DNA of 64,000 bases from positions 8,326 through 72,325 of the forward strand of contig DAORKI010000003.1 of assembly GCA_035439485.1 (NCBI GenBank), written 5' to 3'. Source of the DNA: Bacteroidia bacterium (lineage in GTDB: Bacteria > Bacteroidota > Bacteroidia > UBA4408). Both the position numbers and the translations under genes were made by a program. Below the pieces are notes generated by a model. It was not told where the DNA came from. It saw only the letters and a program-made list of their open reading frames with translations, and did not search any database. Shown here in pieces: positions 27,799-37,397 of the stretch (position 1 is its first letter; each line of letters starts with the position of its first letter).

Positions 27799-28728
27799 TT
27801 ACTTTTTTTGATAAGTGCTAATGTGTCTCTCTTTTTTTGCTTGATATATGTCGTCTATAGTAATCATAATTCCAGTTTCTTCAACTTCACCAAAACTTTT
27901 ATTTAAGGCGGTACCAAAGGTTCTCATACTTGGAGAAAGATTCATGTAAATATTAACGAGTGGTGGAATATTTTCACCCAATGCTCTCACATTGGTATTT
28001 AATATTTTAAATGCTTCCTTATAATCAAGACCTTTAAAAAGTGCTTCTAAATTGTCGTTCGAAGTATATAATGGCAATGGATTAAAAGGCGTCATTAATT
28101 TTTCGTTATCAGGAAAGAATGTCTTCAAAAAATATAAAATCATATCTCTTGCTTCCTTGTTAAAATGAAGATACATAGTAACTTTTCCAAAGAAATACTT
28201 TATATCGGGATTATCAACTACAATACTTCCCAATCCATCCCAAATATTATCTAATGCGAAAAGACCTTTTCTTGCATCTACTCCTGGTTGAAATTTGGGC
28301 TGTACAAAGGATCGCCCAAGTTCAATAGTGTAAGGCATATATTTAGATAAAAACAAGTTACTAAAATTAAACATCCCTGAAGTTGCAAGTTTAGCTTCTT
28401 GCTTATTATAATCAATAACATCGCCACATCTAATAAATCTATAACCTCCAACTATTTCTTCTTCCTCTTCATTCCAAACGATGAGTTGCTTGTAACAAAC
28501 TGGGTCAGTATCAAAATGATCAATATCACAATCCTTTCCCGTACCTCCGCCAGCTGCTCTAAAAGTAAGTTCTCGTAAACGTCCAATTTCAAGCATTAAA
28601 TTAGGTGAGTTATGATGGGTAATAATGTAAATTTTATTATTTCCATTATTCGTATTTCTTACAAAACGTTCTAATGTAAGTTCCTTTTTTAGTAGTGACT
28701 TATCTATTGGGCTTATGATTTGATGCAT
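27799..28728 (-). CDS. GNAT-fold N-acyltransferase of the OlsB/GlsB (hemolysin-like) family, probably for amino-acid lipids
   Basis: 309 aa. The LRELTFRAAGGGTGKDCDIDHFD region resembles OlsB-type N-acyltransferases. It sits directly downstream of a PlsC-type acyltransferase, the arrangement seen at the Bacteroides glsB/glsA locus. Confidence 0.5.
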   Translation of the reverse strand: MHQIISPIDKSLLKKELTLERFVRNTNNGNNKIYIITHHNSPNLMLEIGRLRELTFRAAGGGTGKDCDIDHFDTDPVCYKQLIVWNEEEEEIVGGYRFIRCGDVIDYNKQEAKLATSGMFNFSNLFLSKYMPYTIELGRSFVQPKFQPGVDARKGLFALDNIWDGLGSIVVDNPDIKYFFGKVTMYLHFNKEARDMILYFLKTFFPDNEKLMTPFNPLPLYTSNDNLEALFKGLDYKEAFKILNTNVRALGENIPPLVNIYMNLSPSMRTFGTALNKSFGEVEETGIMITIDDIYQAKKERHISTYQKK

Positions 28729-28753
28729 TGTTAATATATTTCAAAAATGAAAG

Positions 28754-29623
28754 CTAAAAATTTTGTTTGGCTAATTTATAAACCATTTCTTTTATTTCAT
28801 TGGCCCATTGTTCATCGGTTTTACTCTTATCAAAAGTACTGTATTTAATAGGCTTTCCAAAGTATATAGTAATCTTTTTGCCTTGTTGCTTATACATTTC
28901 ATCCATCAAATAAAACATTTCTATATTGGCTTTAATCCCCAAACGCATGCGCCATCTTGATAAATTATAAAAAAATTTGCTGTTACAGCCTTCTACATAT
29001 ACTGGGATAATATCTCTTTGGTATTGTTTTGCCTTACTGATAAAACTTTTTTTCCATTCTAAATCTTTAATAATGCCACCGTCTTGTTTTCTTGAAACTA
29101 ACCCTGCAGGAAAAACTAAGGTTAATTCATCAGAGGCAAATTGAGCATTTATCATTTTTACACTCTCAATTCCGCTTTTGCCATGCTTATTTACTGGTAT
29201 AAATAGTTCTTTTAAATTTTTAAAAGAAAGCAAAATGTCATTTACAATAAATCGCATATCGCGTCTTATACTACTTAATTTATGCATCATAGCTAAAGCA
29301 TCTAATCCTCCAAGCGGGTGATTTGATGCTATCACAATTCCACCACTTTTTGGCACATTTTCAATCCCAATGGTTTCTATTTCAACGCCAAATTCTATAA
29401 GAACTTTTTCTATAAAATCAAAATTATATTTATTACCATGCACAGCTAAAAACGCATTTATTTGGTCTTGATGTATAACTTTTTTAATGTAAGAAATTAC
29501 AAAACCAGGAAGTGATTTAAGCAAACGTGGGTTTTTCTCAGCAATTACCTTTTCAATTTCAATAAACTTTTGCTCAGGTGCATTATCTGAAATTTCAATA
29601 CTTTCTGTTTTATCTGTATTCAT
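28754..29623 (-). CDS. lysophospholipid acyltransferase (PlsC/LPLAT family; OlsA/GlsA-like)
   Basis: 289 aa. Acyltransferase block NHPLGGLDALAMM and a downstream FPAG motif (VFPAGLVSRK). Confidence 0.6.
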   Translation of the reverse strand: MNTDKTESIEISDNAPEQKFIEIEKVIAEKNPRLLKSLPGFVISYIKKVIHQDQINAFLAVHGNKYNFDFIEKVLIEFGVEIETIGIENVPKSGGIVIASNHPLGGLDALAMMHKLSSIRRDMRFIVNDILLSFKNLKELFIPVNKHGKSGIESVKMINAQFASDELTLVFPAGLVSRKQDGGIIKDLEWKKSFISKAKQYQRDIIPVYVEGCNSKFFYNLSRWRMRLGIKANIEMFYLMDEMYKQQGKKITIYFGKPIKYSTFDKSKTDEQWANEIKEMVYKLAKQNF

Positions 29624-29711
29624 AATAATTTAAACATCACAAATATAACAAACTCTTTAAATTTTTATCAGTAAAAGCCTTTGTCTATTTTTTTTCATAG
29701 GTTTGTAAAGT

Positions 29712-31247
29712 ATGAAGTTGAAACAAAAAGTTTTATTGTTTAACCCACGTAGTGCTAACTACAAATATCGTTTACCAAATTCTTTATTAGCAGTGGCAGC
29801 CGCTATTGATAATCAATTTGAATGGGTAATTGTTGATGGGAATCGAGAAAATTCTCCAGAAATTAAAATTATTGATTACCTAAATACTGGTGAGTTCGCA
29901 TTTTTTGGACTAACTGTGATGCCAGGACCACAGTTAAAACAAGCCATTCCTCTTTCAAAAAAAGCAAAAGAACTTTTTCCAGAACTCACTATCATTTGGG
30001 GAGGATATTTTGCAAGCAATCAGCCTGAAACAGTTTTAAACAGTGGCTTTGTCGACTTTATTATCAACGGAATGGGCGATTTCGCTTTTCCTCAATTACT
30101 TAATTTAATAATAAAATACGGTAGAGATTTTACCGAAAAAATAGAAAGTAACCTAATACCACATAATTTGATTTATAAAAACAATTCCAATATTGTTTTT
30201 ACTCCTAAAGATGGTATTTATAATCCTGATGATTTACCTGATTTTCCATATCAAAAATTGCATGAACAATATGATTTACCGAAATATTTAGGCAAAACTT
30301 ATTTAGGTAACAAAACTATTGCCTATCATAGCAGTTTTGGCTGTCCTTTTACATGTTCGTTTTGCGCTGTTGTGCCGATTTATAATGCACGTTGGAAAGG
30401 CAAATCAGCTTCCAATATTTATCGTGAAATAAAATACTTGAAAGATAATTATGGTGGTGATAGCATTGAATTTCATGATAATAATTTTTTTGTTTCTGAA
30501 AAAAGAACTACTGAATTTGCTGATTTAATTATGAACGAAAACATGATTTGGTGGGGAGAAGGAAGAATAGACACTATTGATAAATATAGTGATACTTCGT
30601 TGGAAAAAATTAGAAAATCAGGTTGTAAAATGATTTTTTTTGGTGCCGAAACCGGAAACGATGAAATGCTAAAACAAATGGATAAAGGCGGCACTCAATC
30701 GGCAGCTCAAATAAAAAAATTTGCTGCACGTATGGCGCAATTTGACATTATACCTGAATATTCATTTGTACTTGGGACTCCGGCTCAAACGGCTAAAAAA
30801 GTGATGGAACAAATTGATAAGGACATTGAATTTATCAGAGAAATCAAAGAAATTAATCCAGCCACCGAAATTATTATTTATGTGTACAGCCCAGTTCCAA
30901 CAAAAGGATCAGAGTTATATGAAAAAGTTTTAGCTTCTGGATTCCGCTTTCCAGAAAAACTAGAAGATTGGATAAATGCTGATTGGGAAAATTTTGACTT
31001 ACGCAAAAACCCACTCACTCCTTGGCTTACACCTAGTATGGTCGATAAAATAAAAAATTTTGAAACGGTTCTTAATGGATATTATCCCACTATTACTGAT
31101 ATTAAAATTTCTAATTTTCAAAAAAACAGTATGCGATTGTTATCAGCCATTAGGTATAAAACAAAAATTTACCACTTTCCGTATGAAATTAAAGCGCTTC
31201 AAAAATTTTGGTTAAATTATAGACAACCAGAAATACAAGGATTTTAA
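29712..31247 (+). CDS. B12-binding domain-containing radical SAM protein
   Basis: 511 aa. N-terminal cobalamin-binding Rossmann region (VLLFNPRS...LAVAAAID), then a radical SAM cluster motif CPFTCSFC (CxxxCxxC) in SFGCPFTCSFCAV. Confidence 0.8.
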   Translation: MKLKQKVLLFNPRSANYKYRLPNSLLAVAAAIDNQFEWVIVDGNRENSPEIKIIDYLNTGEFAFFGLTVMPGPQLKQAIPLSKKAKELFPELTIIWGGYFASNQPETVLNSGFVDFIINGMGDFAFPQLLNLIIKYGRDFTEKIESNLIPHNLIYKNNSNIVFTPKDGIYNPDDLPDFPYQKLHEQYDLPKYLGKTYLGNKTIAYHSSFGCPFTCSFCAVVPIYNARWKGKSASNIYREIKYLKDNYGGDSIEFHDNNFFVSEKRTTEFADLIMNENMIWWGEGRIDTIDKYSDTSLEKIRKSGCKMIFFGAETGNDEMLKQMDKGGTQSAAQIKKFAARMAQFDIIPEYSFVLGTPAQTAKKVMEQIDKDIEFIREIKEINPATEIIIYVYSPVPTKGSELYEKVLASGFRFPEKLEDWINADWENFDLRKNPLTPWLTPSMVDKIKNFETVLNGYYPTITDIKISNFQKNSMRLLSAIRYKTKIYHFPYEIKALQKFWLNYRQPEIQGF

Positions 31248-31278
31248 TGCCTTTTATAGCATCACAAATGGCAAAAAT

Positions 31279-32046
31279 TTAATCCCCATGATGGGTCAAA
31301 CTTTGCTTCAATTTTTTCATAAATTCCGAAGCATAAACAAAATTATTTAACTCAACACTATTTGTGCGCATTACTTCATCTCTGTGGCCTTGCCAATTAA
31401 TTTGACCCTTATATAAAAATGAAATATTATCACCTATCTCCATTACAGAATTCATATCATGGGTAATCACAATGGTGGTGATGTTGAGTTCAGAAGTTAG
31501 TTCATAAATAAGATTATCGATTAAAATGGAAGTCTTTGGGTCTAGTCCTGAATTGGGTTCATCACAAAATAAATATTTTGGGTTCATAGAAATTGCACGT
31601 GCTATAGCTACACGTTTTTTCATTCCACCGCTTATTTCTGCAGGATATAACTTATGTGCAGTTTGAAGATTAACCCTATTAAGGCAAAAGTCAGCCCTGT
31701 CTCTTTGTTCGGCTAAACTCATATTGGTAAACATACTCAATGGGAACATCACATTTTCTTCAACAGTAAGTGAATCGAACAAAGCTCCACCTTGAAATAA
31801 CATGCCTATTTCTTTTCTAATTTCCTTGCGCTCTTCAAAATCCAAATCAATAAAATTGCGACCTTCATAATTTATTTGACCACTATCAGCCGCAAACAAA
31901 CCAACCATGGTTTTCATTAAAACAGTTTTACCTGAACCACTTTCTCCAATAATCAAATTGGTTTTCCCTTTTTCAAAAACAATATTAATATCATTTAAAA
32001 CCGTTTTTCCATTAAACGATTTACAAATATTCTTTACCTCTATCAT
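31279..32046 (-). CDS. mlaF: ABC transporter ATP-binding protein, MlaF-like
   Basis: 255 aa. Walker A GESGSGKT, ABC signature LSGGMKKRVAIARA, Walker B LFCDEP. Its start overlaps the stop of the permease gene by 4 nt. Confidence 0.7.
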   Translation of the reverse strand: MIEVKNICKSFNGKTVLNDINIVFEKGKTNLIIGESGSGKTVLMKTMVGLFAADSGQINYEGRNFIDLDFEERKEIRKEIGMLFQGGALFDSLTVEENVMFPLSMFTNMSLAEQRDRADFCLNRVNLQTAHKLYPAEISGGMKKRVAIARAISMNPKYLFCDEPNSGLDPKTSILIDNLIYELTSELNITTIVITHDMNSVMEIGDNISFLYKGQINWQGHRDEVMRTNSVELNNFVYASEFMKKLKQSLTHHGD

Positions 32047-32783
32047 GACAATAATATTTGGGTTAGAATAAAGTTAAATAATAAAATTACTATGCTACTG
32101 TAAACTACTGCATTAGTACTGCTTTTACCAACTTCAAGTGCACCGCCTTGTGTATAATAACCATGATAAGCACTTACTGATGTAATGATGAATGCAAAAA
32201 ATAAAGTTTTTACTAAGGCATAAGTAACATTAAAAGGGCGAAAATCGTATTGAATTCCATAAATAAACTCGTAGTTGGTAACCGCACCTGTCATTTCGCC
32301 AGCAACCAAACCGCCTAACAATGCCAAAAACATACTAATAACAATTAAAAAAGGATTGATAAAAACTGCTGCCACAATTTTAGGTAATATAAGGTAAGCT
32401 TTTGAGTTTATTCCCATAATTTCCAGCGCATCAATTTGTTCTGTAACGCGCATAGTACCAATTTCAGAAGCAATATTTGACCCAACCTTACCTGCTAAAA
32501 TTAAACTCACAATGGTAGGTGAAAATTCAAGTACAATTGAGTCGCGTGAGGCCACCCCAACAGCATAAAGAGGTATCCAAGGACTTTCAAAGCCAAAGGC
32601 CGATTGAATGGTAATTACTGCACCCATAAAAATGGATATAATAACTACAATGCCTAGCGAACCAAGGCCTAAATTATCGATCTCCTTTACAAACTGTTTA
32701 CGATAAATACTCCATTTTTCGGGTTTGCTAAAAACCCTACTCATCATAATGTAGTAACGACCAATGTGGAAAAACCATCTCAT
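32043..32783 (-). CDS. mlaE: ABC transporter permease, MlaE-like
   Basis: 246 aa with 5-6 TM helices. MlaE/Ttg2B-type sequence (GAVVTIQSAFGFESPW...). Confidence 0.7.
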   Translation of the reverse strand: MRWFFHIGRYYIMMSRVFSKPEKWSIYRKQFVKEIDNLGLGSLGIVVIISIFMGAVITIQSAFGFESPWIPLYAVGVASRDSIVLEFSPTIVSLILAGKVGSNIASEIGTMRVTEQIDALEIMGINSKAYLILPKIVAAVFINPFLIVISMFLALLGGLVAGEMTGAVTNYEFIYGIQYDFRPFNVTYALVKTLFFAFIITSVSAYHGYYTQGGALEVGKSSTNAVVYSSIVILLFNFILTQILLS

Positions 32784-32892
32784 ATATGTGCCAAAAATAA
32801 TGAAATAATTAGAGGCTTATAAATAATTTCTTCAATTTTTAACATTAATATTGAACATCACAATTTACCAAGTATATTTTCGTTTAAATTAT

Positions 32893-34113
32893 ATGCGTAA
32901 AATTCAGTACTTATTTTTTACTTTAATAACAGTATGCCTATGTAAAACACTCATGGCACAATGGGTTCAAGTTGCTGATTTTCCAGGGCTTGAAAGAGAT
33001 GATTTGGTTGTTTTTACATGCCATGAAAAAGCGTATGCTGGCACAGGAATGCAAATTGGTTTTCAAGTAAGCAATGACTTTTATAGCTATGATCCAATTG
33101 TAAATCATTGGGAGGTAATTGCAAACATGCCTGGAGTTGCTAGACAATATGCATTTAGTTTTTCCTTTGATAATGTAGGGTGTGTGTTTGCTGGTATTTC
33201 ACAACAAGGAAATGATATAAAAGATGGTTTTCAATACTCAGCCCAAAGTGAATCATGGAATATCCTCAATGCTTATCCAGGTGCTGGATCAAGAGGTTGT
33301 GCTGCTACCACTTTCAACAATTGCGGATACGCTGGACTTGGCAGAAGCGATGATAATTTGATGCACAATGATTGGTGGAAATTTGATTTAAATAATAATA
33401 GTTGGCAACAACTCGCAAACTTTCCTGGTGCGGAACGAAACCTAACATCATGTTTTGAAAGTAATGGATTTATTTATATTGTTGGAGGTATTGGCACAAA
33501 TGATGTTGCCTTTAATGATATATGGCAATATAATCCTGCTGATGATACGTGGCAACAAATAATTTCAGGTCCATTTCCTGCCTTTGGTGGAGCTGCTGTT
33601 TGCAAAACAAAATTTTCAGGTGTTATGTTTGGTGGCTTTGATGGTTTATCTACATTTTATAATGATGCCCTTGAATTTGATGGTTTTAATAATTCAATTT
33701 CATTCTTAAACCCGTTTATAGGCTTTGGTATTAAAGGAGCTAAAGCATTTTCATTAAATAATGAATTTTATTTTACTTGTGGAATCAATGAAAATAATGT
33801 TCGATTAAAAAGCACGTGGAAGTACACTCAAATTAATGCAACTAATGATCATTTTACGCCAAACATCAAATTTACTTTAATGCCAAATCCTGCAAATGAC
33901 AAATTTCAAATAACTATTGATAACTTTTCACATCATGAAAATTGCAAATATTCAATTTCAACTTTAAACAATAATATAATTAAGGAAGGATTTATTCATA
34001 AAAATATAAATAAAATAACAATATTTACTGATGCCATTGCAGCTGGATTTTATATCGTAAAAATTACAAGTGAAGATATAGAAATTACCCAAAAGCTGTT
34101 AATTTTCGAGTAA
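32893..34113 (+). CDS. Kelch/galactose-oxidase-type beta-propeller protein with a T9SS C-terminal sorting domain
   Basis: The track start 32851 is TTG. ATG 32893 gives the signal peptide MRKIQYLFFTLITVCLCKTLMAQ. Repeated W/Y-containing blades (NDWWKFD, NDIWQYNP). C-terminal CTD (MPNPANDKFQITID...GFYIVKITSEDIEITQKLLIF). Confidence 0.65.
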   Translation: MRKIQYLFFTLITVCLCKTLMAQWVQVADFPGLERDDLVVFTCHEKAYAGTGMQIGFQVSNDFYSYDPIVNHWEVIANMPGVARQYAFSFSFDNVGCVFAGISQQGNDIKDGFQYSAQSESWNILNAYPGAGSRGCAATTFNNCGYAGLGRSDDNLMHNDWWKFDLNNNSWQQLANFPGAERNLTSCFESNGFIYIVGGIGTNDVAFNDIWQYNPADDTWQQIISGPFPAFGGAAVCKTKFSGVMFGGFDGLSTFYNDALEFDGFNNSISFLNPFIGFGIKGAKAFSLNNEFYFTCGINENNVRLKSTWKYTQINATNDHFTPNIKFTLMPNPANDKFQITIDNFSHHENCKYSISTLNNNIIKEGFIHKNINKITIFTDAIAAGFYIVKITSEDIEITQKLLIFE

Positions 34114-34247
34114 ATCAATAACTCATTCGCGTTAGCTTCTTAGCAGTTATAATAGTCTTTCAAAGCTTCTCAACAATTTTATTTTAATAAAAAAAAGCTC
34201 ATACTGTCTAAGAAGCAAGTTTGAGCTTTAATTTTGATATTTCACGT

Positions 34248-37200
34248 ATGTTAAACATAATAAAAAATATTAAACTTTTTTCGGTACTAATAATATTGCT
34301 ATGCTCCGTTTTTTATTTAGAAAGTTGTAAAATTTTCAAGGGGAGCAAAAATAAGAAAGAAGATACATTTAAGAGTCGAAGAAAAGTGAGAAAGTCATTT
34401 AGCTTGACTTATGATTCGCTTACTACTCCTGATGCTGCACCTTCTGAGAAAAAATTTTGGGGTGAAGCAAAAATGAGTTGGGCAGATAGTGTATTTGAAT
34501 CTTTAAATGAAGATGAAAAAATTGGTCAACTTTTTATGGTGGCAGCATATAGTAATCGTGACAAAAAACATATAGCTGAAATAGACTCTTTAATCCTTAA
34601 TCATAAAATTGGGGGCTTAATCTTTTTTCAGGGAGGTCCGGCAAGACAAGCTATACAAACAAATCATTACCAATCTATTGCAAAAACACCCCTTTTTATG
34701 GCTATTGATGGTGAGTGGGGCTTAAATATGAGATTAGATAGTACTATTGCATATCCCAAACAAATGACACTTGGTGCTATTCAAGATAATCGCCTCATTT
34801 ATGATATGGGAGTTAACATAGCAAATGAATGTAAAAGAGTTGGATTGCATATAAATTTTGCACCAGATGCCGACATCAATAGCAATGGCTTAAATCCTGT
34901 TATTGGCTATAGAGCCTTTAGCGAAAGTAAAGTCGATGTTACTTTGAAAAGTATAATGTACATGAAAGGCATGCAGGATAATCACATAATGGCATGCGGA
35001 AAACATTTTCCTGGACATGGTGACACTGATGTTGACTCGCACGCTGATATGCCAAAAATTAATCACAGCTTTGAAAGGTTAGATAGTTTAGAATTATATC
35101 CTTTTAGAGCTCTAATCAATAAGGGCCTCAAAAGTATGATGGTTGCTCACATTGAAATTCCTAGTTTAGACACCAACAAGAATGTAAGTGCATCAATTTC
35201 TTCTAACGTTATTAAAGGCCTACTTCAAGATTCAATGCAATTTCATGGATTAGTATTTACAGATGCACTAAATATGAAAGGTGTGGCAAAATACTATAAA
35301 TCAGGCGAATTGGAAGTAAAAGCATTAAAAGCTGGAAATGACGTTTTACTATTTAGTGAAAATATTCCCTTGGCAATTACAGCCATAAAAGAAGCTCTAA
35401 AAACTGGAGAACTTTCTATTCATGATATCAATAAAAGTTGCAAGAAAATATTAATGGCAAAAGAATGGGCTGGTCTTGATACTCTAAAACCTGTAAAAAT
35501 TTCCAATTTGGTGAATGAAATTAATAACCCAAAGTTAGAAGCATTTAACCATAAACTCTTTGATGCAGCGTTTACTGTTTTGCAAAACAAAGAAAATATA
35601 CTTCCTCTAAAAAAACTGGATACGCTACAAATTGCTACGTTATGTATAGGTGAAAAAGATTTAGGAGCATTTCAAAAAACAGTAAATTTATACGGAAGTG
35701 CAACACATTTTAATGTGAAAAATTTAACTCAAAAAACTACTATTGACACTTTAATTGAATCATTAAAAATGTTCAATTTGGTGTTAGTAAGCCTTGAAAA
35801 TATTACTAAAAAATCGGATAAAAATTTTGGAATAACACCTGAAACAATTGCCTTAATAAATAGAATTAAAGAGTGTAGTAAAGTAGTGATAAATTTGCCT
35901 GGAAACCCGTATTCATTGTTAAAGTTTGACAATATTGAAAATATTGATGGCATAGTTTTAACATACGAACGCAATGCATACACCCTGCAAAAAGCAGCAG
36001 AACTCATTTTTGGAGGTATTGACTCTCCTGGTAGATTACCAGTAAGCGTAATTGGAAAATATAAGGCAGGAGACGGCATGAACCTTGGAGCTCCAATAAG
36101 AATGTCCTATGTATCTCCCGAAGACCTAGGAATCAGCAGCTCAATTCTTCAAAAAGTGGATAGTTTAGCTGATGCCGCAATAGCTGAAAAGGCTACTCCA
36201 GGCTGTCAAATATTGGCAGCAAAAGATGGCAAAGTTTTTTATCATAAAGCATTTGGGAAATACAGTTATGAAAAGCCAGAAAATGTAGATATAAATACAA
36301 TTTATGATATTGCATCGGTAACAAAAATTACTGCCACACTTTTTGCCACCATGCAATTGTTCGATTTAAGAAAATTTAATCCTGAACAAACACTTAAAGA
36401 TGTGTTACCCACTAGCTTAAATACAAACAAGTCCGATTTAATAATTAAAGATATTTTAACCCATCAAGCTGGACTTAAACCTTTCATACCCTTCTATGAA
36501 AAAACAATCAATGATGGAAAATTATCTCCTAAAATATATAGCCATTCAAAAAATAAAATATTCAATATTCAAATAGCCGACAGTTTATTTATTAATGCAA
36601 ATTATAGTGACAGTATTTATTCGCAGGTTTGGAATTCATCAATTAAACCATCTGGAAAGTATGTGTATAGTGATTTAGGTTTTTATCTTACAAAAATGAT
36701 GTGTGAGTATTTGAGCAATAGAAGTCTAGATCAATACATGAGACCTATTTATCGTAAATTAGGGGCAAATTCAACGGGATATTTACCTTTAGAACGCTTC
36801 TCCAAAAAAATAATCGCACCTACCGAAGAGGATAAAATATTTAGAAAACAAATTTTACAGGGTTATGTACACGACCCAGGAGCAGCCATGCTTGGTGGAA
36901 TTGCTGGTCATGCAGGTGTTTTCAGTAACGCCAATGATTTAGCAAAAATAATGCAGATGTATATAAATAAAGGCAGTTATGGTGCAGAACAATTCATAAC
37001 CACTTCAACTGTAAACTACTTTACATCTTGCATAGCCTGCCCTGAAGGTAACAGAAGAGGTTTAGGATTTGATAAACCTGAACCAGATAAAACAAAAGAA
37101 GGTCCAACCTGCGAAGCTGCTTCCCTAAAAAGTTTTGGACATACTGGATTTACAGGCACATACGCATGGGCCGATCCTGAAAATGGATTGGTTTATATTT

Positions 37201-37316
37201 TTCTATCTAATAGAGTGCATCCTGATGCTGAAAATAAAAAACTATCAAAATTAAATACAAGAACAAATATTCATCAAGTATTTTATGATGCAATAAAAAA
37301 CATTAATAGTAAATAA
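34248..37316 (+). CDS. fusion lipoprotein: GH3 beta-N-acetylhexosaminidase (NagZ-like) N-terminal domain plus beta-lactamase-family serine hydrolase C-terminal domain
   Basis: The track start 34221 is TTG. ATG 34248 gives lipoprotein signal MLNIIKNIKLFSVLIILLCSVFYLESC. GH3 motif KHFPGHGDTDVDSHADMP. C-terminal half carries SxxK (IASVTK) and a class C/AmpH-like pattern. Confidence 0.8.
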   Translation: MLNIIKNIKLFSVLIILLCSVFYLESCKIFKGSKNKKEDTFKSRRKVRKSFSLTYDSLTTPDAAPSEKKFWGEAKMSWADSVFESLNEDEKIGQLFMVAAYSNRDKKHIAEIDSLILNHKIGGLIFFQGGPARQAIQTNHYQSIAKTPLFMAIDGEWGLNMRLDSTIAYPKQMTLGAIQDNRLIYDMGVNIANECKRVGLHINFAPDADINSNGLNPVIGYRAFSESKVDVTLKSIMYMKGMQDNHIMACGKHFPGHGDTDVDSHADMPKINHSFERLDSLELYPFRALINKGLKSMMVAHIEIPSLDTNKNVSASISSNVIKGLLQDSMQFHGLVFTDALNMKGVAKYYKSGELEVKALKAGNDVLLFSENIPLAITAIKEALKTGELSIHDINKSCKKILMAKEWAGLDTLKPVKISNLVNEINNPKLEAFNHKLFDAAFTVLQNKENILPLKKLDTLQIATLCIGEKDLGAFQKTVNLYGSATHFNVKNLTQKTTIDTLIESLKMFNLVLVSLENITKKSDKNFGITPETIALINRIKECSKVVINLPGNPYSLLKFDNIENIDGIVLTYERNAYTLQKAAELIFGGIDSPGRLPVSVIGKYKAGDGMNLGAPIRMSYVSPEDLGISSSILQKVDSLADAAIAEKATPGCQILAAKDGKVFYHKAFGKYSYEKPENVDINTIYDIASVTKITATLFATMQLFDLRKFNPEQTLKDVLPTSLNTNKSDLIIKDILTHQAGLKPFIPFYEKTINDGKLSPKIYSHSKNKIFNIQIADSLFINANYSDSIYSQVWNSSIKPSGKYVYSDLGFYLTKMMCEYLSNRSLDQYMRPIYRKLGANSTGYLPLERFSKKIIAPTEEDKIFRKQILQGYVHDPGAAMLGGIAGHAGVFSNANDLAKIMQMYINKGSYGAEQFITTSTVNYFTSCIACPEGNRRGLGFDKPEPDKTKEGPTCEAASLKSFGHTGFTGTYAWADPENGLVYIFLSNRVHPDAENKKLSKLNTRTNIHQVFYDAIKNINSK

Positions 37317-37397
37317 ACCAATTTCATTATTTAATGTTTAACAACCTACACACCAGACAAAAAGCTTATTTATCAGAATAAATACTTATTTTTACAT

